The position numbers and the translations under genes were made by a program. Shown in pieces: positions 11,266 through 21,188 of a stretch of DNA of 64,000 nucleotides. Where the stretch lies: contig CBDBCZ010000019.1 of assembly GCA_965203295.1 (NCBI GenBank), positions 1,024,001-1,088,000 of the forward strand. Reading direction: 5' to 3'. Origin of the DNA: Nitrospirales bacterium. Lineage in GTDB: Bacteria > Nitrospirota > Nitrospiria > Nitrospirales > UBA8639. How positions within the stretch are numbered: the first letter of the stretch is position 1; each line of letters starts with the position of its first letter. The notes below the pieces were generated by a model. The model worked only from the letters and a program-made list of their open reading frames with translations. It was not told where the DNA came from and did not search any database.

Positions 11266-11295
11266 TTGACAACCGAAAAAAATGGTTGTTATATT
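11266..11295 (+). promoter_or_regulatory. Sigma70-type promoter for cytochrome c
   Basis: TTGACA-N18-TATATT with TGn extended -10. Confidence 0.55.
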
Positions 11296-11423
11296 CCGCC
11301 CGTTTTCCTCTTTGAAAAAAAGAGAAAAGATACGGTATGATAAAGATGAGTGTTCTTCCGCTCGTGATACTAGAGGTTTTGTGTTCTCGTTTTAGGGATT
11401 ACTATTCATAAAGGAGGAATTGC

Positions 11424-11906
11424 ATGAAGCGGTATGTTGCTCTCTTAAGTTTATTGACTGCCTTTATATTCGTCAGTGGTGATTTGGCCTTTGCTGGTGC
11501 CGAAAAAGATCCTTTAAAGGCACGGGTTCCGAAAGAGCATCGTGGGAAAGCCAAGAAAATGAAGCCACCTGCCGCCCTTTATAAGAAATCCAAGAGGGCA
11601 TCTGCTGACATTGTGGCTGCAGGGAAAAAGTTGTTCGAGGGCAAAGGGACGTGTTTTAACTGCCATGGGAAGTCTGGAAAAGGCGATGGGCCAGCGGGAA
11701 AAATCCTCAATCCTGGACCCCGGGACTTTACGAATTGCAAATTCCATAAGAAACGGAAAGATGGCGAGCTATTCTGGATCATTAAAAACGGCAGTCCCGG
11801 AACAGGCATGGTGCCTTTGATTCCAAGCGCGATTACAGAAGAGGAAGCCTGGAAGGTGATTGCGTACGAACGGAGTTTCTGTAAAAAATGGATAAAGAAG
11901 AAGTAA
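11424..11906 (+). CDS. Secreted monoheme cytochrome c
   Basis: AAGGAGG RBS, signal peptide, CFNCH, KDGELFW, distal Met in GTGMVP. Confidence 0.92.
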   Translation: MKRYVALLSLLTAFIFVSGDLAFAGAEKDPLKARVPKEHRGKAKKMKPPAALYKKSKRASADIVAAGKKLFEGKGTCFNCHGKSGKGDGPAGKILNPGPRDFTNCKFHKKRKDGELFWIIKNGSPGTGMVPLIPSAITEEEAWKVIAYERSFCKKWIKKK

Positions 11907-11970
11907 GAAGTCGATATCAAGTAAGAATCGCAGGGTCTAAACATTGACCTTGGGTAGTGAGGAACCAAGC

Positions 11971-12010
11971 AAACCCCCGTAGAGAAACCTCTTTTCGGGT
12001 TTTTTTTTGA
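11971..12010 (+). terminator. Probable intrinsic terminator
   Basis: Imperfect stem AAACCC...GGGTTT followed by a T run. Confidence 0.5.
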
Positions 12011-12211
12011 CTTCTTGTTTTTGTAAATTGAGGTCAGAACGATTACGAGATTTCTTGATTGTCAGGTGCTGGCGATCTTTCGAGATTTCAGGATTGGGCC
12101 AGAGGCAGACTAAGATCAATCAGTCAATTTGACAGGCCAGGGAAGCGTTTACTAAACTTTAAAGTTATAATATGAGACCTGTTATGACCTGAGAGGAGGC
12201 TTTTTCAACTG

Positions 12212-12415
12212 ATGAGAAAATCTCGCACGCTCGAAGAGGATAAAACCTCATTGCACAAAAAAGTGGGTGAACAACGGAATGAGGACCTGGGGGCTGAGGA
12301 GAGTCTGGCCCTCAGAAGACTTCTAAAACGGTTGAAACTCGTCCAACGAAAGCTGCGCCTCCGAGTAGCCCGAAAAGCTCAATCCGCCGGAAAGAAGGCG
12401 GCTTCTGCATCGTAA
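12212..12415 (+). CDS. Small basic hypothetical protein
   Basis: GAGGAGG RBS, 67 aa helical K/R-rich ORF. Confidence 0.6.
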   Translation: MRKSRTLEEDKTSLHKKVGEQRNEDLGAEESLALRRLLKRLKLVQRKLRLRVARKAQSAGKKAASAS

Positions 12416-12512
12416 TAATTTGGCCCGGAATGAACTAACTCAAGATAGGAGCTTCAGAAATCGCTTCACTAACCATAGTGCGACAGTGGAGGTGAAAGGG
12501 AGACTGTGAACC

Positions 12513-13391
12513 ATGAGTAACGATGTGAACAAATCCGATGTGAACAAATCCATGGAAGAGCCGGAAGAGAGAGAAGAAGGATCTGAAGAGACCGAAATCA
12601 GCGATGAGTTCGTGGACGAAATTTCTGATTCCTTGGTCGATGATTCGGAATCCGTGCCTACCGAAGTGGCCTCTGCTGAAGGAACGGAAGGGGAAAGTGA
12701 GGAAGAGTCCGTCGAACAAGAACTAGAAGAAGACAAGATTAAGGATGAGATTGATATTCAGATCGATCTTCTCCAGGATACCGACTGGGTCGTTCGTCGC
12801 GAAGCCGTCATCACATTGGGGGAAATGGCTGATGAGCGGTGCGTCGAACCCTTGGTCAGGTGCTTGCGGGACGGTGATTGGCAAGTCAAAGAAGCCGCAG
12901 TTGACGCGTTAGCTGAAATTGGCTCTCCTGCCGTTGAAATGCTTATCCGGTACATTCGGGATTGGGAAGCTCGAAAATATGTCATTTGGACCATGGGGAA
13001 AATCAATGACGAACGTGTGTTGGATCCACTCATCTCGATGTTACGAAATGATGAATTCAAAGATGATGCGACTCGGGCTTTAGTCGAGCTCGGAAAGCCG
13101 GCGGTGGAACATCTGATTGTGTGTCTCACTGATAAAGAAGACTTTGTGAAGAAGCAAGCTATTCTTGCCTTAGGAGATATCCAAGATCCAGCGGCAGTGG
13201 ATCCCTTGATCGCCTTACTCCAAGATCAAGATTGGTTTGTACGGCTCACGGCGGCTGCATCGTTAGAAAAAATTGGTGAGCCACGTGGCCGTGACGCGAT
13301 TAAGCCTCTCATGAAAGACCCAGACTTGGCAGTCAGGATGAGGGTTGAGCGAATTCTGGCGGCGTGGAAGAAACAGCCAGCCAATGCCTAA
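12513..13391 (+). CDS. HEAT/PBS-lyase repeat protein with acidic N-terminus
   Basis: Repeats VRREAVITLG, VKEAAVDALA, VKKQAILALG, VRLTAAASLE. Confidence 0.88.
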   Translation: MSNDVNKSDVNKSMEEPEEREEGSEETEISDEFVDEISDSLVDDSESVPTEVASAEGTEGESEEESVEQELEEDKIKDEIDIQIDLLQDTDWVVRREAVITLGEMADERCVEPLVRCLRDGDWQVKEAAVDALAEIGSPAVEMLIRYIRDWEARKYVIWTMGKINDERVLDPLISMLRNDEFKDDATRALVELGKPAVEHLIVCLTDKEDFVKKQAILALGDIQDPAAVDPLIALLQDQDWFVRLTAAASLEKIGEPRGRDAIKPLMKDPDLAVRMRVERILAAWKKQPANA

Positions 13392-13407
13392 CGTCCACAC
13401 CGCTCTC

Positions 13408-13842
13408 TCAAAGTCCGAGTAAGCGATCCACTTCAGCTTGTGCGTAATTCAACGTTTCTTGTGAGACCTCTTTCCCGGCTTCCAGGGATTGTTTGAGTTC
13501 TTCGATTTTTTCTTCCCATTCCTGTGCGAGTTGCTCTCCCATTTCAGGATCTCTCTGAACCGCTTTCTTAATGTAGAAGAGTGCCTCCTCCAACTTTTGA
13601 GCGGCTTCTCGATAGTTTCCCTGTAAAAGCGCTGATTTACTATCAAGGATCCGGGCCTTGCCTTCCAAGAATTCGTGTTGCTGGAACAATTCCTCTTGGG
13701 TGACGCCCAAGGTTTTTTGCATAACATCATTCGAGAGCGTTTTGAGTTGATGTTGGACTTCACCTGGTGGTTGCTGCCCAACATAGTGTCCAGCCCAAAA
13801 AACTCCCCCTAAGATGACTATCTGTAGAACAAGTTTCCACAT
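13408..13842 (-). CDS. Hypothetical membrane-anchored helical protein
   Basis: N-terminal hydrophobic segment, GGGAGG RBS region. Confidence 0.7.
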   Translation of the reverse strand: MWKLVLQIVILGGVFWAGHYVGQQPPGEVQHQLKTLSNDVMQKTLGVTQEELFQQHEFLEGKARILDSKSALLQGNYREAAQKLEEALFYIKKAVQRDPEMGEQLAQEWEEKIEELKQSLEAGKEVSQETLNYAQAEVDRLLGL

Positions 13843-13959
13843 AGATCGTTTCTTTTTACCTCCCTATGTATGACATGGCACAACAAAAAACTCCATATCT
13901 TCTCGTCCGTTCGTCAGAACAAGAGTGACATATTTTCTTTCGTCTGTGAAGAGAAGATA

Positions 13960-13974
13960 GCATGGAACTTGCCA
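13960..13974 (-). promoter_or_regulatory. Candidate sigma54 -24/-12 promoter
   Basis: TGGCAAGTTCCATGC (GG-N10-GC) ~120 bp upstream of 13842. Confidence 0.3.
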
Positions 13975-14067
13975 AATAGATGAAAAATCGAAAACGTTGC
14001 AATGTTGATTCGATGGGAAAGAGGACGGAGCGTTTGAAATGTTGGATGAGCTACTGAAGCAGGTACA

Positions 14068-14937
14068 TCAAGCGTTTCCCACTTGGCCAGGATTTTCTTC
14101 CGACATCCTTGATGAGACTATGGCGAACCGTTCCCCTAAAATCCGTGTCACCTGGTTCATGTGCTCAGCCAATTGGTTAGCCTCTTCTGGCTTGAGATCG
14201 CGTTGAAAGCGTGGGGGCACACCCCAACGGGTTTCCACTGCTTCGCCGGAAATCTGAGCCAGAACACTGACCAGTTTGATACTTTGGGTAGTGGTAGACG
14301 TTGGGGAGGAGGGTGTCTGGGCTGGAGCCGTTTCCGAAGAGGGAGATGTCTCTTGGGAAGGCGATGAGGCCTCCTCGGAAGCAGTGGATTTTCCTTCAAA
14401 GAGGGCTTGCATGGCGGGAATCACGGCTCGTGCGCACAAATCCGCAGTAGATCGAATGGCTTCACTTTTCTCGCCCCCAGCCTTAAATACAACCTGACCA
14501 CCGAGGAGCTGAAAAAAACCATCTTTTTCCTTGCTCTCTTCGGTCACCACAAATTTATACCGCTCGTACATGGTACGGCTCTCAGAAACGGTTTTTCCGA
14601 TCGCCACCACGACTTCCATGTCATCGATTTCCGCAGAAGTGAGGCTGGGAGCCACGACCGTCTTGAGCTGTTGGCTGACAGCGTCTTCAAGTGAGTTCAT
14701 GAATTCTGGCTGAGTTTGGACGGGGATATAAAAGGCCGAAAGACGGTCGGCGATGTTAAACATGACTTTTAAAAACTCGAGACACACGTCCCATTCCTGG
14801 GTTCGTGTCCACTTAAGGGACTGGGCTTGGTCGCTCCGTTTGATAAGCGTGACCGATTCCCGTGCCACATCGAGCATGGTCGAGGCCAAGTCCTTGAGGA
14901 CCTTTTCGTACTCTTGTTTAACGCTGATTGTCGCCAT
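14068..14937 (-). CDS. Hypothetical protein
   Basis: 289-aa open ORF with GGAG RBS and S/T/P linker. Confidence 0.75.
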   Translation of the reverse strand: MATISVKQEYEKVLKDLASTMLDVARESVTLIKRSDQAQSLKWTRTQEWDVCLEFLKVMFNIADRLSAFYIPVQTQPEFMNSLEDAVSQQLKTVVAPSLTSAEIDDMEVVVAIGKTVSESRTMYERYKFVVTEESKEKDGFFQLLGGQVVFKAGGEKSEAIRSTADLCARAVIPAMQALFEGKSTASEEASSPSQETSPSSETAPAQTPSSPTSTTTQSIKLVSVLAQISGEAVETRWGVPPRFQRDLKPEEANQLAEHMNQVTRILGERFAIVSSRMSEENPGQVGNA

Positions 14938-15027
14938 CGTTCACTCCGGGTTAAAACATAATTATAGCCAAAATTCCAGAACGATGTCCAAAATACGTCG
15001 TATCGTATCCTTTGCTCAGAAATAGCA

Positions 15028-15200
15028 GGGGCTGTTCAAAAAGGGCGCTCGCCTGCGCCAAGTTCAGCAAGGCCGCAGGCAGCGAGGAGGACGAGGCGTA
15101 CAAGTGAGTACGTTGAGGACTCCGATGCGCGAACGGCGCGAAGAGCGCCAAGTTTGTGAGCCCGAAGGTCGAGAACGCTGCTGGCGGCCTTTTCAGCCCC
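15028..15200 (-). repeat. Dispersed structured element with terminal inverted repeats (MITE/REP-like), copy 1
   Basis: Reverse complement has AAAAGGCCGCCAGCAGCGTTCTC, GTAC-N6-GTAC, GCGGCCTTGCTG and TTTTTGAACAGCCCC, shared with the 40450 and 45388 copies. Confidence 0.85.
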
Positions 15201-15316
15201 TTAAAGAGAAACCATCATTGCAACCCCCTTGGTCGTATGCTATACACGGTCATGAGGTACCGCGTTTCGTGGTTTTCCCTCCTTCGTCTATCCAAAAGAA
15301 ATATTGTCCAGACACA

Positions 15317-17335
15317 ATGGATCAAGAATCTTCTCAGTCCAAAGTCTATGTCCTCAAAAAGCCTGTGGGCGAGGAAGCCGCAAAGTCTCTTTCCCTGGAC
15401 TATGCTCAGGCCCTGAATCCCCAACAATTGGCTGCGGTGGAAGTGGTCAACGGCCCGGCGCTGGTGATTGCCGGGGCGGGGAGTGGGAAGACCCGTGCGT
15501 TGGTGTATCGGGTTGCCCGCCTGATTGATCTGGGAGTGCCACCGGGGTCTATCCTCCTTCTCACCTTTACGCGAAAAGCCGCTCAGGAAATGTTATCCCG
15601 TGTCGGCTTACTCATCGGTGCTCAAAGTGACCGAGTGGCGGGAGGCACGTTCCACTCCGTGGCCAATATTTTACTCCGGCGCTATGGTCGATCCATTGGA
15701 TTGGAACCAGGGTTTACGATTTTGGATCGTGGCGACGCAGAAGATTTGATCAACCTGCTTCGTGCTCAATTGGGAGTGAAGGAGACGGGGAAACGGTTTC
15801 CTCGAAAACGTACGATTGTCGAGATGTTCAGTAAATGCGCCAATACTCTCCAGCGACTTGAAGATATTCTGCTCAATGACTACGGGCATTTTGGTGACTA
15901 CATGAAGGAATTGCTGGATCTCGCCGAATCATATGAGGCGGCCAAGCGGCAACGCCAGCTCGTGGATTATGACGATTTGCTGGTACGGCTCAGGGAGTTG
16001 CTGCGCATAGATGAGCAAGCCCGGCACATGATATCCGACATGTATCGGTATGTGCTGGTTGACGAATATCAAGATACCAACCGTTTGCAAGCCGATCTTG
16101 TTCGCAAAATGGCGGCAACGCACGATAATGTGATGGTCGTGGGGGATGACTCGCAGTCGATTTACGCCTTTCGCGGCGCAACGTTCCGTAACATCATGGA
16201 GTTTCCCACGCTGTTCCCCAAGACCCGCATCTATAAGCTGGAAGAAAACTATCGCAGCACAAAACCGATCCTCCAATTAGCGAATTCTATTATCGAAGGA
16301 GCTGAAGAGAAATATTCCAAAGCGCTGTTTACGCAAAAAAACGAAGGGGACATGCCGATTTTTGTGCAGGCGATGAGCGAACATGCCCAGTCGAGGTTTA
16401 TCGGCCAAAAAATTTTAGAGCTTCGGGAGGAAGGTGTCCCACTCAACGAGATCGCCGTCCTGTTCCGGTCGAGTTTCCATGCATTTGATTTAGAAATTGA
16501 ATTGTCGCGTCGTGATCTGCCCTTTATCAAACGGGGAGGATTCAAGTTCATTGAAACTGCCCATGTAAAGGATCTGTTGGCTCATCTGCGTATCATTCAT
16601 AATCCGTTTGATTCAGTCAGTTGGAATCGGCTACTGCTTTTGGTGGAAGGGGTCGGGCAGAAAAAAGCCAAGGATCTTCTGGTCGAACTGCTCAAGACCG
16701 ATCAGCACATCGAAGTTCTTCGAAGCAGTACTGGGCGTGCGGCCCATGGATTACGGCATTTAGCCAACCTCTTGGACGCCATTGGCCAAGCCGGCCCTCG
16801 TCCCCAGACCGATGACATGACTGATGTGCTGGAGTATTACCTCCCGATCCTCAAGGATCAGTATGACGACTATCCCAAACGAATCCGAGACCTCGAGCAT
16901 CTTATCGTGATGGCGGAGCGTTATCAGCATTTGGAAGAGTTCCTGGCAGACCTCAGCCTGGAGCCACCGGATGAGAGTGTGGTGGACATAGAGGCGCCAG
17001 ATCGAAATGATGAGCAGTTAGTTCTTTCAACGATCCACTCTGCAAAAGGCTTGGAATGGCGATGTGTCTTTGTCATTTGGCTCGTAGACGGACGTTTTCC
17101 GTCCTCCTACTCCTTTCTCACCTCCGAGGAATTGGAAGAGGAACGACGGCTCCTCTACGTCGCCGTGACGCGGGCCAAGCAGCACCTCTTTTTAACCTTT
17201 CCCATTAATGTGTACGATAAAATGACGGGTTCGGTGCTCTCCAAGCCATCACGTTTTTTCGATGATGTTCCCTCAAATCTTTTGGAAACTTGGAGCTTAG
17301 TTGAAGAAGATGAAGGATATGATTGGCGCTCATAA
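15317..17335 (+). CDS. UvrD/PcrA-family ATP-dependent DNA helicase
   Basis: AGAGSGKT, VDEYQDTN, VGDDSQSIY, LEENYRST, STIHSAKGLEW, EERRLLYVAVTRAK. Confidence 0.95.
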   Translation: MDQESSQSKVYVLKKPVGEEAAKSLSLDYAQALNPQQLAAVEVVNGPALVIAGAGSGKTRALVYRVARLIDLGVPPGSILLLTFTRKAAQEMLSRVGLLIGAQSDRVAGGTFHSVANILLRRYGRSIGLEPGFTILDRGDAEDLINLLRAQLGVKETGKRFPRKRTIVEMFSKCANTLQRLEDILLNDYGHFGDYMKELLDLAESYEAAKRQRQLVDYDDLLVRLRELLRIDEQARHMISDMYRYVLVDEYQDTNRLQADLVRKMAATHDNVMVVGDDSQSIYAFRGATFRNIMEFPTLFPKTRIYKLEENYRSTKPILQLANSIIEGAEEKYSKALFTQKNEGDMPIFVQAMSEHAQSRFIGQKILELREEGVPLNEIAVLFRSSFHAFDLEIELSRRDLPFIKRGGFKFIETAHVKDLLAHLRIIHNPFDSVSWNRLLLLVEGVGQKKAKDLLVELLKTDQHIEVLRSSTGRAAHGLRHLANLLDAIGQAGPRPQTDDMTDVLEYYLPILKDQYDDYPKRIRDLEHLIVMAERYQHLEEFLADLSLEPPDESVVDIEAPDRNDEQLVLSTIHSAKGLEWRCVFVIWLVDGRFPSSYSFLTSEELEEERRLLYVAVTRAKQHLFLTFPINVYDKMTGSVLSKPSRFFDDVPSNLLETWSLVEEDEGYDWRS

Positions 17336-18248
17336 CCGACAGGGAAGAATATGGTCTGTGCTGGTGTTCATGGCGATAACGTGGGGGATGGTGTTGGTGG
17401 GAGATGGGGAACAAGCCATTGCATCAGAGAATTCGAGGAGCAAACCGAAGCAGACCAGCCCCTGGCCTGACCTGGTGCGACAAGCCGAAGCCATGGGGTT
17501 GCCGACAAGGTTCTTACATGAAATTGATCCGACTTTCGTCACCGTGGAGTTTGCCGATCTCCACACCTATGCCGCGGAATATCATCCTGAAGATCATCGG
17601 ATGATTCTCAATTTGCGATTATCATTCAATAAGGCTGGTGGAGCCCTGATGTCGTTGGACCGCATGACGTACCATGATTTGAGTCTCCTCTATCATGAAC
17701 TTCTGCATGCCTATTTGGATTATATTTTCTACGGCTCGAACCCCCAGACGCTCTCTCCGCAAGCTAGACAGATGCTGACTTTTGCCAATGAACAGCTCAA
17801 TTGTCATTATCGTCTTGTGCGAATTAAGCGCGTGCGTCAACGTCCAGAGGCGATGGATGTACGATGGTTGTCCGAAGATGATGCCTGGGAAGTGCTGAAT
17901 GAAACCTGGGCCGTGTTTGTTGGGTGGGGAATTTGGACGAAGCTGGAGCTCTTTCATGAAAAAGAATCCTTTGGTCAATGGACCCCTCAGCTCAAGGAAG
18001 AATGGGGAACACGATTGGCCGCAGCGAATCAGTCAGGTGAGTTGTTAGGATATTATGAGCCCGATGATCCTAAAGAGCGGATGATCGCGAGAAAACGGTA
18101 TTTAGCTCCTTCCCACGGGATGACGCCACAAGGGGCCAAATTATTGTTGGAAGTCATTTTGGAAGAACCTGCTGACCTCGTACGTTTAGGAGAAGAAGTC
18201 ATAGAATCGACGCAGGATCATCAAGAAAAACTTCCGTGTGGAAACTAA
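17319..18248 (+). CDS. Secreted hypothetical protein with HExxH zinc-metallopeptidase motif
   Basis: Signal-like N-terminus; LYHELLHAY followed later by NETWA. Confidence 0.7.
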   Translation: MIGAHNRQGRIWSVLVFMAITWGMVLVGDGEQAIASENSRSKPKQTSPWPDLVRQAEAMGLPTRFLHEIDPTFVTVEFADLHTYAAEYHPEDHRMILNLRLSFNKAGGALMSLDRMTYHDLSLLYHELLHAYLDYIFYGSNPQTLSPQARQMLTFANEQLNCHYRLVRIKRVRQRPEAMDVRWLSEDDAWEVLNETWAVFVGWGIWTKLELFHEKESFGQWTPQLKEEWGTRLAAANQSGELLGYYEPDDPKERMIARKRYLAPSHGMTPQGAKLLLEVILEEPADLVRLGEEVIESTQDHQEKLPCGN

Positions 18249-18428
18249 AAACGTTTGGAAACATCATCTCAGAAAGCGTGTGCGCCAAGAAGAACTTATT
18301 CAATATTTTTCTTGACTTTGTTCATTTTGCGAACCTAGACAAATGCGATAAAACCATGGTAGCGTCAGTCCGTTGTCACATGACACGTTATGAGCAGATA
18401 GAGAACTGAAATAGAGAACTGCAAGGAT

Positions 18429-18504
18429 GCGCCTGTAGCTCAGTGGATAGAGCACTGGCCTCCGGAGCCAGGTGCCGCAGGTTCAAATCCTGCCAGGCGC
18501 GCCA
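18429..18504 (+). tRNA. tRNA-Arg(CCG)
   Basis: Cloverleaf GCGCCTG...CAGGCGC-GCCA, anticodon arm CTGGC-CTCCGGA-GCCAG, GGTTCAAATCC. Confidence 0.96.
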
Positions 18505-18531
18505 TCTTATTCAACGCTCTTTCCTCTCGGT

Positions 18532-18607
<76 letters not shown>

Positions 18608-18766
18608 ACTTTTTCAATTACGTAAAGAGCACCTCTGATTTTTATTTAGCAGGCAGCATTTTTCATCACCGCGGAATGGTGATTGAGAATCCGCGGTTGG
18701 ATAGTCCCGACGATTGAGAAATTTTTCTTGCTGAATCTCGTTTCAATCTATAGATCCGTTTCAAGC

Positions 18767-19222
18767 CTATAGCTTTCTCCCCTTTTCCCAAAATGTCCGA
18801 ATATAGGCCGCCACTTGCCAGGTTTGGATTCCGCTTAAATGCAACGGGTAAACGGGAGCCATATCTGTGCCGTGGCTCCCGTTCTTAAGTACCTAAAACA
18901 ATTCGCCATCGGTTCGAGCCTCCTGACAGGCCGCCTTCGTGAAGTCACGGGGAAACGGATATTCAACTGAGCTGGGATCTATGTCCCGTCCAAATCCACG
19001 GCCATCTTTCCCATGGCATGTAGCACAAAACATACGACCCTCGTAGAGTTTTTTTCATTCGTCTATAAACTCTTGGCTTACTGGGAAGGGGTTGCGCATG
19101 TATCGGGCTTCCGTCAGTTCCTCTGGCGGGACGATGGAAGGATATTTCTGCTCTTGTGCCCAAATGGAGGCGGAAACTTGTAACCAAAACACGGCTAGAA
19201 AGATCATCAATGCTTTGGACAT
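18767..19222 (-). pseudogene. Cytochrome c paralog with two in-frame stops
   Basis: One frame reads signal peptide..FIDE*KKLYEGRMFCATCHGKDG..RDFT..RTDGELF*VLKNGSHGTDMAP..WQVAAYIRTF. Confidence 0.85.
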
Positions 19223-19510
19223 TCGAACCCTCCCTCTCGTGTTAGAAACATTAAGCAACGGTGTATGAATTTGGAGCATTCCCCTTTATTATATCACCTT
19301 GTCGTGCATTGTTGCCTTCCGACGTAAGTTCACCCGCCTTCGCGCTCGTTGCTGAAACTTTAGCGTGTAGGCCAATGACTTCCTCATAGGCCCCACGGCT
19401 GCCAGGCCTTCATAGCCTACACGACTACGCCGGGGTTGGCTAAAGCCGCGGGGCTCCGTTTGATAAAGAATCTTATGTAAGGTTGCTTTTACTCACCGCC
19501 GTATTCCGTC

Positions 19511-20523
19511 TTGGGCCGCACGAGTACGGGTGGGGTCCCATTCGATGCGGTGCCAAACGACTTTAGCTATTCCTTGCTCGGCAATTTAGCATGGGAACTT
19601 GATGCGTGGGGACAGATCCGTCGGTCAACGGAAGCCTCGTTGGCAGATCTGTTATCACGAGAGGAAAATCGACGGGCCGTCGTGCTCGGTTTGGTGAGCG
19701 GAGTCGCTCAGGCTTATTTCGACTTGTTGCAGTTTGATATGCAACTAGATATCTCCCGACGTGCCCTCCAGTCTTGGGAGGAATCGTTGGTGATTGCCCA
19801 TGCTCGACTCAGAAGAGGACTCACATCCAGGTTGGACGCGGACCAATTCGAAGCTGAACGAGCCAGAGCTGCTGCACGAGTCGCGGAGTTCGAACGTCTG
19901 AAGACTCAGAAAGAGAATGAGTTAAGCGTTTTGCTTGGAAGAAATCCCATGAAAATCAAACAGGGAAAGTTGCTCACAGAACAAGTCCTGCCACCAGAGG
20001 TTCCTGCAGGTCTGCCGTCGGAACTGCTTCAGCGCCGTCCGGACATTTTACAAGCGGAACAAGAATTGGCCGCAGCCACGGCGCGAATCGGAGTTGCAAA
20101 AGCCAATCGATTTCCAAAAGTAACCCTAACGGGGATTCTGGGAGTCGCAAGTCCACGTCTATCGAATTTCTTTACCTCTGAAGGGAAATTTGGCGCATCG
20201 GGGTTTGATTTAGCTGGGCCCCTCCTTGCAAAGCTCAAGCAGAACAAGTTGAGGCCTTATGTTCTGCATTGCGACTCGCAAATCTGCGGTATCGTGGAGG
20301 AATCACAAGTTATATTGATGTCCTCATTGCCAAGCGGAGCCTCTTCGAAGCCGAATTATCTCTCACAGAAACACATCGCCTTCACTTGGTTTCGGTCGTT
20401 CAACTGTATAAAGCTTTAGGTGGAGGGTGGTCACCAAATTCATCGACTAACAAAGAGGAAATATTGAACCTATCGGACTCAATCGCAAGTCTAACAAGAA
20501 ACATTGGAGTCTCACCTGACTGA
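19511..20523 (+). pseudogene. NodT/OprM-type outer membrane efflux factor, 5'-truncated and frameshifted
   Basis: WELDAWGQIRR, GLPSELLQRRPDI, C-terminal LYKALGGGW in another frame. Confidence 0.85.
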
Positions 20524-21188
20524 TTTCTAATTCTTTATGTTTGCTAATTAATCTTAAAGTCATCTTGACACTTTCATAGTTGGTCGCGGGTGATATATTT
20601 CGAATAAAGAAAACTATAGGAAACGGATTCACTGGACCGTCCTATGCAAGAGGATAGGAAAAGCTTTTGGAACAGAAGCCTCTCTTTAATATCCTTTATT
20701 TTGGAAGTAGCATGCTGAAGTCGACTTGAAATAGGTTGTGATATGGTCGATGCATTTTGTTCTGATCTGAGATCAAGGGGTTTCACAGCTGAGATAATGG
20801 CAACCCCGATCTGTTGGAGATCACACAAGTTGTCACAAACATTGAATTCGAAGCTATGACGTCCTCTCAACTAAATGCTTGACATCCTTAGCGATGACGC
20901 TCACTATGTTTTTTCTCACCGAACCGCAATTTGTACTGAGTCCAGGGTTTCTACACCACCCCATGCTAGAGAGTCGTGGCAAATTGGGGACGGAACATGA
21001 AATCTCGGCTAGTCTGTCTGCATGCAATTTCGAAACAACGGACTTCGAATAGAATCCTACTCTTTTCAGCCGATAGAACTTCTGAGATCTCGGATAAGCA
21101 GGGTTGGCGGTTTCTTGTCGCTGCCGGGGTAGGACCCATGCTCAGATGAATTGAGATGAAGCTTCTGTTTTAACGAATTGGTGTACAC

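Noticed and set aside
12522..12551. 15-bp tandem duplication GATGTGAACAAATCC; also a 13-bp repeat at ~18398-18423
   Set aside because: Simple slippage duplications with no evident function
15104..15316. N-terminal extension of the helicase ORF
   Set aside because: Derived from the repeat element; ATG 15317 is more plausible
20574..20870. Minus-strand 98-aa ORF, plus most antisense ORFs overlapping recognised genes
   Set aside because: No motifs or RBS; shadow ORFs
20930..21140. Purine or guanidine riboswitch upstream of the ABC importer (GGGTTTCTAC segment)
   Set aside because: Other conserved aptamer elements were not found by eye; an Rfam/Infernal scan would be decisive
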